Notes: generated by a model not told the origin, from the sequence alone. A DNA stretch of 14,748 bases from an uncultured Thermococci archaeon (GCA_964615185.1 CAZTOS010000059.1:1-14748); one strand, 5' to 3'. Shown: positions 1-7,573, counted from the first letter of the stretch. Made by a program: numbers and translations.

Positions 1-133
1 TTGCTTTAGAATCCCCCGCATCCCCACCCCAAGGCTTTCAAAAGAAAAAAGTAACCGTTCTACCTACCCGTTGTTTTTCTGACCTAACCCAGACAACTAC
101 GTTCAAGAGCTCGAACTTTTTATTATATCCTAA

Positions 134-395
134 GGCACAATCAGCGCCCTCTACTGGAACTTCTCAGATTGCCATGAAAGCCTGTGGGATAAACTTCCAT
201 TTGACAATTTGGTATTCTCGGAAGTGATGGAAGCCCGAAACCAGCTGCATTTGTTCTAAAGGAATTTAAGGAAAAATAACAAGCCTTAAAAGAACTGAAT
301 ATGTTCCCATTAACGTTCCCAAAAACGACTACGAAAAACCTAAAGAGAATTTAGTCAAGTTATATAAGGAATTCCTCAGAAAAATAAGGAGGTAA
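134..395 (+). pseudogene. Frameshifted 3' remnant of a clan GH-A (GH5-like) glycoside hydrolase
   Basis: Manual translation gives three consecutive blocks in different frames: 134-205 GTISALYWNFSDCHESLWDKLPFD, 208-276 FGILGSDGSPKPAAFVLKEFKEK, and 276-395 ITSLKRTEYVPINVPKNDYEKPKENLVKLYKEFLRKIRR*. The GxxxAxxWxxxD and FGxxxxDGSPKPAA motifs are typical of the end of GH-A TIM barrels. The final TAA (393-395) overlaps the SD of the next gene. There is no start codon or N-terminal part. Confidence 0.7.
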
Positions 396-401
396 CCATG
401 T

Positions 402-1865
402 ATGAATTACAGATTTCCTCCACGTTATGGCCCTGAATGGGGAAGTGGTGGGATTTTTGGCTTAAGATACCACAACGAAGTTCTTTATTTCACAGTTGCA
501 TTTGAAGCGGAAGCCCATTTTGTAAAAGAAGATTCACACAGAATTTACGAATTTGAGCTGGTCGGTGGAAAACCGACATCTGGAGGAGACACATACAATG
601 CCGTCGATGTTGTCGATGAGTTCATTTACTTTGGAGGATGGGTTCATGCTCCTGCAGTATATGAGGGAAAAGGAAATGAAAAAGCAACAATAAATTTTGT
701 CAACAAATACTCCCATGTGCATGAATACGATACTGAAAATGACTCTATACGCTTAGTGTGGAAGGAATCTATTCATCATCCAACAGATTGGGCTGGGGAG
801 GTCAGTGATATAATCTACAATCCCTACACTGATGAACTGTTGCTGGCAAGAGAAGATGGGCATCAAAACCTTGGAATATACGCTTTGGACAGAAAAAAGG
901 GTAAGATAAAACTGCTCAATTCTGCTCCAAGTCCAAAAGGGACTACAGTTCATGATACAGCATTTTTTGGTATTGGAAAAAACTTCACAAAGGGCCTTGA
1001 AGAAATTCATGCCTTGGACATGATTACCGAAAGATGGGAGAGATTCCCACTTGGAGAAAGTGTCGATGGACATCCCTATCTTTACCCTCATATTGGGGCA
1101 ATGGGCAGTGCATACAACAGAGCATTTGCCTTTGTGAGAGGAGGTCTTTTTGTAGGAAACCCACTTAACGATGAACCATTTGAGTTTTTCAGGCTCTTTG
1201 ACTTCTACACCTTCTATGCCCCTTTCAGGGTCAATGCACTCCCCTTAGATGGAGGGCTGCTGATAGCATACAACGCACACCATGATGGCATTTATAAGCC
1301 GAGAACCCCCGAAGAAATGAACTTTGCAAAGTTAACAAACACGATAGTTGGACCAAGTGTTTTGGTTTACATATCCCCACCTATGATTAAGATAGTTGGA
1401 AGTTTTGGTGCAAGGATTACAAGCATGGAAAAAGCCAAAGGAAAGCTGTTGCTCGGTACAAATACAACACCAAACACGGGTGCACTTGATGCGACACCCT
1501 TCGACACAGGCAACAAAGACATAGTTATCCTTGATGAAAAAATACTGCAAGAAAAACCACCTGCAGTTGCCTTTTCCGTGCCTTTGACATATCCATTACT
1601 GGCAATGCAGAAGGGAGGAGGGACATTTGGAGGAATTCCTCTTGATGGATACAAAAATCCCCGCATAATTATCTATGCATCAAAAGACAACGAACTAACA
1701 ATTTATGAATATGACCTTACACTGCCTCCTACTGATGCTTATTCTGACAAATTCGACATCAAAAAGGGTAAAAATATAATTGAACTGCAGTCATTTAGTG
1801 GAATAGTTTCTTTTAGGCTTAAAGAAGAAGATTTCCGGGGGAGAGTTAGAATCGAGCTTAAGTAA
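402..1865 (+). CDS. DUF2139-like conserved archaeal protein, probably beta-rich or beta-propeller
   Basis: 487-aa ORF with SD GGAGGT at 388-393. The N-terminus YRFPPRYGPEWGSGGIFGL and the motif SGGDTYNAV match my recollection of DUF2139. Confidence 0.75.
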   Translation: MNYRFPPRYGPEWGSGGIFGLRYHNEVLYFTVAFEAEAHFVKEDSHRIYEFELVGGKPTSGGDTYNAVDVVDEFIYFGGWVHAPAVYEGKGNEKATINFVNKYSHVHEYDTENDSIRLVWKESIHHPTDWAGEVSDIIYNPYTDELLLAREDGHQNLGIYALDRKKGKIKLLNSAPSPKGTTVHDTAFFGIGKNFTKGLEEIHALDMITERWERFPLGESVDGHPYLYPHIGAMGSAYNRAFAFVRGGLFVGNPLNDEPFEFFRLFDFYTFYAPFRVNALPLDGGLLIAYNAHHDGIYKPRTPEEMNFAKLTNTIVGPSVLVYISPPMIKIVGSFGARITSMEKAKGKLLLGTNTTPNTGALDATPFDTGNKDIVILDEKILQEKPPAVAFSVPLTYPLLAMQKGGGTFGGIPLDGYKNPRIIIYASKDNELTIYEYDLTLPPTDAYSDKFDIKKGKNIIELQSFSGIVSFRLKEEDFRGRVRIELK

Positions 1866-1885
1866 TAATTCCATGGTGATGCACA

Positions 1886-2845
1886 ATGATATTTTCAATA
1901 GGTGAAGTCCTTATAGATTTTATAGCAAAAGAAGAAGGTCCACTAAAAAAAGTTAGCACCTTTGAAAAACACGCCGGGGGAGCACCAGCTAACGTAACCG
2001 TAGGACTGGCAAGACTAAAAACCCCCACAGCATTAATAAGCAAAGTTGGAGCAGATCCATTTGGCGAATTTTTAGTTGAGCAGCTGGAAAAAGAAGGTGT
2101 GAAGACAGATTACATAAGGTTTGACAAGGAGAAACATACCGGCGTTGTTTTTGTTCAACTAATCGGTGCCAAGCCAGAATTCATCCTCTATGATGGAGTT
2201 GCATACTTCAACCTGGAAATTGACGACATAGATTTTTCTTTCCTCGAAAAAGCATCCTTGCTTCACTTTGGAAGTGTTCTATTTGCAAGAGAACCAAGCA
2301 GAAGTACTGTCTTTGAAGTGATTAAGAAAGCAAAGGGCAAGATCCCAATAAGCTATGATGTAAACATACGCCTTGATTTATGGCGTGGAAGAGAAGATGA
2401 CATGATAAAAGATATTGAAAAGGCCTTAAGTTTTGCAGAAATAGTAAAAATAGGTGATGGAGAACTGGCATTCTTAGAAAACCATGGAGTAGACCTGGAG
2501 AATTTCGACTTTAAGCTCATGGCAGTAACAAAAGGCGAAAAAGGAAGCGAAATGATACATAGAGGAATCAAAGTTAAGATTTTGGCACACAAAGTTGAGC
2601 CCGTGGATACAACAGGAGCTGGAGATGCTTTTATGGCAGCACTTTTATCAGCTCTATGGTATATGGGGAAGCTCAAACATCTTGAGCTGAATGAAGAGGA
2701 ACTGCTAAGGGTTGGCAGATTTGCAAACCTTGTTGCTGCGCTTTCTACACTGAGGAGAGGAGCATGGAGTGTTCCAAGAGCTGAAGAACTGAAAGAATAC
2801 AAAGAGGCAAGAGAAGTACTTATTCGGAGAGAACTTCCCCTATGA
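1886..2845 (+). CDS. PfkB/ribokinase-family carbohydrate kinase (fructokinase-like)
   Basis: GEVLID, GGAPANV...LARL, VGADPFG, YDVNIR and the PfkB signature VDTTGAGDAFMAALL. SD GGTGA upstream. Confidence 0.93.
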   Translation: MIFSIGEVLIDFIAKEEGPLKKVSTFEKHAGGAPANVTVGLARLKTPTALISKVGADPFGEFLVEQLEKEGVKTDYIRFDKEKHTGVVFVQLIGAKPEFILYDGVAYFNLEIDDIDFSFLEKASLLHFGSVLFAREPSRSTVFEVIKKAKGKIPISYDVNIRLDLWRGREDDMIKDIEKALSFAEIVKIGDGELAFLENHGVDLENFDFKLMAVTKGEKGSEMIHRGIKVKILAHKVEPVDTTGAGDAFMAALLSALWYMGKLKHLELNEEELLRVGRFANLVAALSTLRRGAWSVPRAEELKEYKEAREVLIRRELPL

Positions 2846-3113
2846 CATTCCTCCAGCTCATGCTGGAATTTACAAGCTCATCTATTGTTATCTCTTTTTC
2901 TTCAACAATCTGGGGCGCCCATTGATTCAGCACTTCTAAAAGCTTCTTTTTTGAGGTCTTTTCTTCATCGAAAACTATCATACCTGTTTTTGAATATCCA
3001 TTAATGAAAACCCTGTAAGTTGCTGGTTCAACACCGAGTTTGTACTGTAAGTCTATGGCTTCTTGAGGCGTGATCTTGCTAAATTTGAGTTTGATTAACC
3101 TGAGTTTTCTCAT
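2820..3113 (-). CDS. Small DUF3213-like protein (ferredoxin-like/HMA-like fold, no CxxC)
   Basis: 97-aa ORF starting 9 bp after the tes stop, with SD GAGGTGA (3118-3124) overlapping that stop. The YRVFINGY...G.I.FDE pattern is recalled from Thermococcales DUF3213. Confidence 0.7.
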   Translation of the reverse strand: MRKLRLIKLKFSKITPQEAIDLQYKLGVEPATYRVFINGYSKTGMIVFDEEKTSKKKLLEVLNQWAPQIVEEKEITIDELVNSSMSWRNVIGEVLSE

Positions 3114-3122
3114 AACATCACC

Positions 3123-6100
3123 TCACTCAAAATAGTTCTTTATCTCAATGTACGTCTTCCTGTAAATTTCACTGTTCTTCATTTTTTCAACAAACTCTCT
3201 CGTTCTTACATATTTGTCCTTTTTGTATTCCCAGTCCGGATGCATGGCTTTCCATTCTTCCCAAGAATAGCTAAACTGTGCCTGAACTTTATCTCTGTAA
3301 AGCTCAGGGATGACGTTGAATGTACAGAAAGGCACTATTCTTCCATCAGGCATTGCATAGTGGATAACACATCTTTCAACTCTCTCGACATCATAGTTGT
3401 ACTCATCCTGGAAGTGCATCATTCCAATGAACAGGGTCTTTTGGTGGAACTTTCCGAGGGCGTCGTAGGTGCCATGAACGAAGGCGTTCTTTATGAGACC
3501 GAGAACATCCAGTCCCTTTGGTGCGTACTTCTCGTCGTAGAAGCTCTTGAACTTCATGAATATCTCGGCCCCAAGCTTGAGCTTCTTAAGCTTACTCATG
3601 CTACCCCACTTCTCTATCTCCTCGGACTTCTCCTCGAGGAACTCAATGAAGCCATCAACATCAATGAAGCGTGGAATCGGGACGACGCGCTTGTCCTCAC
3701 GGTCGAGGAAGACGTAGGTTGCGGCACCGCATGCAAAGTGGCTTGTCATGTAGTAGCGCTTTCCAGCGAAGGCCTCGAAGAAGCGCGCTATATGTCCAGC
3801 TGTTGGGACCGGATACCAGTCCTCCTTTGCTATTGTCCCATTTGTCTGCTCTTCGATCTTCTTTATTGCACCAGGAATTGTAATTCTGAACCTCTGTCTC
3901 TCCTTCTTTGGAACCCTACCAACAAGGGAAATTGGTTGGAAGTTTACACCTCTAACAATGTCGAGGTGGTTGAGACCGAAGTTGATTATGGCACCAAGCT
4001 CGTGGTCGTTTACATTCCTAATCGTTGTTGGCACGAGAACAATGCCGGGGCCATTTGCTTTCCTAACATTTTCGAATATGAGGGGAATCTCCCAGTGGTT
4101 CTTCCAGTTTGTCTGTGGAGTCATGCCGTCATAACTTAAGTAAAGAGTATTAACACCAGCTTCCCTAATTTTCTTAACCAGTTCTGGCTCAAAAGCCAAT
4201 CTAATTCCATCTGTGTTCAGCTGAACATGAGTATACCCCTCTTCCTTTGCAATTTTAATTATTTCAATTAGATCTTCTCTAAGGGTTGGTTCTCCACCAG
4301 TGAATTGAACAGCAGTTGCCCCAATGGGACTTTCTTTTTTCGCGTTGCGAAGCATCGTGCGTATTTGCTCAAGAGTTGGCTCATATATCGGCTGTCCTTC
4401 CTTAGCATAGAAGAAGCAATTGCTTACGAGTATCCCATCGGCAACGACGAAGGAATGTCCTTCGCTTTCAACTTCAAGATCGTAGACGTACCCCTCGTAG
4501 GTCTCATATTCAATCTTTTCAACGGTGTCAACGTAGAAGTCCGCTACACGGGTTACCCTTGCAGGTTTTCTGGTTCCAATCTCTCCAAGTCTCTCTCTGT
4601 GTCCTTCACGGAGTTCAAGCATTTCCACGAGATTTACCAGGTCTGTTCCCGCTATGTAGAGTTTGTAGAGGTCATGGTTAGCCCCTTTCATCTTCTCCTT
4701 TGGAACGGTATAAATTCTTGCAAATATACCGAGCGATGCGAGAAGGTATACTAAATCCCTTATGAGGTCTCTTGAAACGCTGGCATATCCAATGCTAAGA
4801 TGTCTTTCTCCTTTTACAACATACCCATCACCATTGAAAAGCCCGCTAAGCAGGGCAATTTTAGCCTCGAGCGGGAAGTTGAGAAAGTTCCTGGGCAGTC
4901 TCTTATTTTCGGCCTTTTCAGGAATTCCAAGGGCGTACTTGAAGACAAGTCTCATAAGCCTGCTACCAACTACTATCTGCTTTGCTTTCCCTTCCCATTC
5001 GAGAACACTATAGGGAAGCCCCAGCTTATTGAGTATTTCAAGTATCTCCCTCTCAACATCCTCATGACCAACTGTTATGCGGATGTCCTTGTCGGTGTAG
5101 TGACCATCCGAAATAAAGTATCCAATCAACTTTGCCAGAGCAGGAGTTATCTTGAGTTTTGACGGTAGCTCGTAGTTTGTGGCGTCTCTGCCAAGCTTAA
5201 AGTCTCCTGAAGTGTTGAGCTCATAAAATGCACTTAGCGGAACTGAGTTCTGATTCTTCCAATGATATATTCTGTCCCCATACTTCTTCCTGAGCGGAGA
5301 CAGATCAAGCCCCTCAATGTTCCTGACATATATTTTCTCTTTCTCTTCATTTGGAAGGGCTTTAAATGCCTCGATTAGGTCTATCTCATCAATGCTCCCA
5401 TCGTATTTGAAGTTCCAGAGGAGTAGTAGCTCATCACCTTCCCTGAGCTCATCAGCCCTTTTCTTTTCAAGCTTTCCATTTTCATAAACGAAAAACTTGT
5501 GCTCAGGCGTTGTCTTTATGACCCTTCCAGTTCTGGTTCTTATTCCTATTATCCTTCCAGAGTGCCTTCTCCTGAGGAACTTAGTTACCCTTGTCCACTC
5601 CGCTTTTCCTTTCTTAAAGGTTATCACATAGAGATCCCTGGGAATGGAATACTCCCCTTTGAATCCATCAATCTCAATGGTATGCTCGAACGAGAAGTTT
5701 CTGGCAACTCCTTCGAATTTCATCAACCTTACTTCATTCCCAAACTTAAAGAGTGCTTCTTCATCCTTAGGGAAGCAATACCAACATGACAAATTGCAAC
5801 GATTGGTCAGAACGATATTAAGCAAGCTTGTATGAGAGCGATGTCTTGGGCAAAGACCACAATCAAATGGGCAATTAACACCGCTGTTTTCCACATTAAA
5901 GCTCGTCAGTTTTTTCTCATCAAACTTCCATTCTTTAAATTTGTGGTACACTTCAGCATCTTCGTAATATACATCAGTTATCAATCCTTCAGGACACTTC
6001 TTGGTTATCCAAACAACTCCATTTTTCTCCCATACCACAGCGGGCACAACTTTCCTTGTCTCTGGACAGAGAGAATATGTTCTATGCGGCAATGAACCAC

Positions 6101-6242
6101 CATAGCCTTTGCTTGCTTTTGTGAGTAATTCCCGAAATTCCTCTTCACTTAATTCGGGATACTCAATGATATCGCGAACTTTTTTGGTGAGTTCACCAAA
6201 CTCTCTCTCACCACTTGGAATTTCACCCGTAATTTCAGCCAT
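3123..6242 (-). CDS. tes: Tetraether lipid synthase (GDGT/macrocyclic archaeol synthase, MJ0619 homolog), intein-containing precursor; often mis-annotated as MoaA
   Basis: CPFDCGLCPRH auxiliary cluster motif, TNRCNLSCWY|C radical SAM motif, QFTGGEPT, VRGVNFQPIS, HFACG, MHFQDEYNYDVERVERCVIHY and IVPFCTFN. Start placed at ATG 6242 behind SD GAGGTGA (6248-6254), giving a 1039-aa precursor and a 586-aa spliced protein. Confidence 0.9.
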   Translation of the reverse strand: MAEITGEIPSGEREFGELTKKVRDIIEYPELSEEEFRELLTKASKGYGGSLPHRTYSLCPETRKVVPAVVWEKNGVVWITKKCPEGLITDVYYEDAEVYHKFKEWKFDEKKLTSFNVENSGVNCPFDCGLCPRHRSHTSLLNIVLTNRCNLSCWYCFPKDEEALFKFGNEVRLMKFEGVARNFSFEHTIEIDGFKGEYSIPRDLYVITFKKGKAEWTRVTKFLRRRHSGRIIGIRTRTGRVIKTTPEHKFFVYENGKLEKKRADELREGDELLLLWNFKYDGSIDEIDLIEAFKALPNEEKEKIYVRNIEGLDLSPLRKKYGDRIYHWKNQNSVPLSAFYELNTSGDFKLGRDATNYELPSKLKITPALAKLIGYFISDGHYTDKDIRITVGHEDVEREILEILNKLGLPYSVLEWEGKAKQIVVGSRLMRLVFKYALGIPEKAENKRLPRNFLNFPLEAKIALLSGLFNGDGYVVKGERHLSIGYASVSRDLIRDLVYLLASLGIFARIYTVPKEKMKGANHDLYKLYIAGTDLVNLVEMLELREGHRERLGEIGTRKPARVTRVADFYVDTVEKIEYETYEGYVYDLEVESEGHSFVVADGILVSNCFFYAKEGQPIYEPTLEQIRTMLRNAKKESPIGATAVQFTGGEPTLREDLIEIIKIAKEEGYTHVQLNTDGIRLAFEPELVKKIREAGVNTLYLSYDGMTPQTNWKNHWEIPLIFENVRKANGPGIVLVPTTIRNVNDHELGAIINFGLNHLDIVRGVNFQPISLVGRVPKKERQRFRITIPGAIKKIEEQTNGTIAKEDWYPVPTAGHIARFFEAFAGKRYYMTSHFACGAATYVFLDREDKRVVPIPRFIDVDGFIEFLEEKSEEIEKWGSMSKLKKLKLGAEIFMKFKSFYDEKYAPKGLDVLGLIKNAFVHGTYDALGKFHQKTLFIGMMHFQDEYNYDVERVERCVIHYAMPDGRIVPFCTFNVIPELYRDKVQAQFSYSWEEWKAMHPDWEYKKDKYVRTREFVEKMKNSEIYRKTYIEIKNYFE
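4419..5777 (-). mobile_element. Intein with dodecapeptide (LAGLIDADG) homing endonuclease, 453 aa, at the 'MoaA' intein site
   Basis: Starts CFPKDEEALF (block A, Cys1 at 5775-5777). Block B IKTTPEHKFF, LAGLIDADG motifs LIGYFISDGH and LLSGLFNGDGY, block F YVYDLEV, block G SFVVADGILVSN (Asn at 4419-4421), then Cys+1 (4416-4418). Removing it restores CNLSCWYCFF. Confidence 0.96.
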
Positions 6243-6276
6243 TTTAATCACCTCTGGTGTTAGATTACCCGAAAGG

Positions 6277-6292
6277 GTATAAAAACTTTTGC
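6277..6292 (-). promoter_or_regulatory. BRE-TATA promoter of tes
   Basis: The minus strand reads GCAAAAG-TTTTTATAC about 25-30 bp upstream of the tes SD. Confidence 0.65.
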
Positions 6293-6379
6293 GTAAATAT
6301 GAAGATTTACTTGCATAGGTATGGACGAAGGTTAGAGTTAAATATGCTCAGAAGACATGTTAAAGTTGGAGGGTAGAAA

Positions 6380-6766
6380 ATGCCAGCAAGAGAAATGAGA
6401 ATGGAGATGTTTTTGAGAGCATTGATGAGAAGGGATTTTAATAAAGCTAAATCACACCTTGAAAAGCTTACAAAAATGGTAGGAAACGATGAATGGGGAA
6501 GAGGATATACAAAAGCCATAAATGGTTTTATATCAGCACTAAAAGATAATGACACTGATGCATTAATAGTCCAGCTTGTGAAGGAAGTGAATCATGAAAG
6601 AGCTAAGCAACTCCTATTGCATTTTGAGGAAATACTAAACCACGAATTCAGAGATGAATATGAAAAGGGATATTATACAGCATGGATCGAGCTTTTAAGA
6701 GCTTATCTAACACAAAGAACTCTGGGTGTTAGGCGTGGCAAAAGACGAACTCATGAAAAAGCTTGA
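6380..6766 (+). CDS. Hypothetical alpha-helical protein with a two-fold internal repeat
   Basis: 128-aa ORF with SD GGAGGG. Repeated DE(W/Y)x(R/K)GYxxA motif. Overlaps the downstream UDG start. Confidence 0.8.
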   Translation: MPAREMRMEMFLRALMRRDFNKAKSHLEKLTKMVGNDEWGRGYTKAINGFISALKDNDTDALIVQLVKEVNHERAKQLLLHFEEILNHEFRDEYEKGYYTAWIELLRAYLTQRTLGVRRGKRRTHEKA

Positions 6767-7319
6767 AGAAAAAATAAAGAACTGCAAAAAATGTCCATTA
6801 GGTATGTTGAGAACAAATGCTGTTCCCGGCAGCGGGAGCTATGATGCAGATGTGATGTTTGTTGGCGAAGCTCCAGGGTACTGGGAAGATCAAAAAGGCT
6901 TGCCTTTTGTTGGAAGGGCTGGAAAGGTCTTGGATGAACTTTTAGCTGAAATTGGCTTGAAAAGGGAAGATGTGTATATTACAAATATTGTAAAATGCCG
7001 TCCCCCCAATAATAGAGACCCCAATGAAGATGAGATCAAAGCCTGCTCTCCATATTTGGATAGACAGATTGACATAATTAGACCCAAAATAATTGTCCCC
7101 TTAGGAAGGCACTCCATGAGCTACATTCTCAGAAAGTTTGGGTTTGAACCCGAGCCGATAAGCAAAATACATGGAAAGATTTTTGAAGCAAGAATCCTTT
7201 TTGGAAGAATCATAATAATGCCAATGTATCATCCGGCAGTAGCTTTGTACAGACCCCAGCTTAAGGAGGAGCTGAGGAGAGATTTCAAAAAGCTAAGGGA
7301 AATTCTGGATAATGTTTAG
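6735..7319 (+). CDS. udg: Family 4 uracil-DNA glycosylase ([4Fe-4S])
   Basis: CKKCPL, FVGEAPG (motif A), PFVGRAG, TNIVKCRPPNNRDP, AC, and YHPA (motif B). Start likely GTG 6735 (MAKDEL...) after GGGTG at 6724-6728. Confidence 0.95.
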   Translation: MAKDELMKKLEEKIKNCKKCPLGMLRTNAVPGSGSYDADVMFVGEAPGYWEDQKGLPFVGRAGKVLDELLAEIGLKREDVYITNIVKCRPPNNRDPNEDEIKACSPYLDRQIDIIRPKIIVPLGRHSMSYILRKFGFEPEPISKIHGKIFEARILFGRIIIMPMYHPAVALYRPQLKEELRRDFKKLREILDNV

Positions 7320-7573
7320 GGTTTACTTTTGTCAAATATCTTCGAATACTTTTCTTTGTTAAACACTTGCTTTAAACTTTTTTCGTTATTTGTCTAATTT
7401 AATATAGCCTTTTAGGGAAAAATTTTTATAAAAAGAACTCGCTAATGTTACTGATGCTACATCATAATACATAGACATTCACAAACGTCCAGAAAGGTTC
7501 AGAAAAGATCATTTAAGAACCTCCAATAAACCTCGATAAAATTTCGAAAATAAATAGAATGACAAAAATTTTT

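Noticed and set aside
1..401. CRISPR array or IS element in the left-hand region
   Set aside because: No direct repeats with spacers, transposase fragment or terminal inverted repeats are visible.
398..436. Out-of-frame ATG at 398 (12-aa ORF) suggesting a frameshifted DUF2139 start
   Set aside because: The SD spacing to ATG 402 matches other genes in the window better, and there is no evidence of a lesion without ortholog alignment.
3240..4139. 299-aa ORF on the + strand, antisense to tes
   Set aside because: It mirrors the tes codons in register and has no recognisable motif. The C/G-ending codon bias of this region explains the lack of stops.
4413..5779. 8-bp direct repeat GAAGCAAT at both intein junctions (4413-4420 and 5772-5779) as a target-site duplication
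   Set aside because: It follows from Cys-Phe codons after both splice junctions; homing does not create duplications.
3123..6251. Annotation as MoaA (molybdopterin biosynthesis)
   Set aside because: It lacks the MoaA C-terminal CxxCx13C and GG tail, and carries Tes-type motifs instead.
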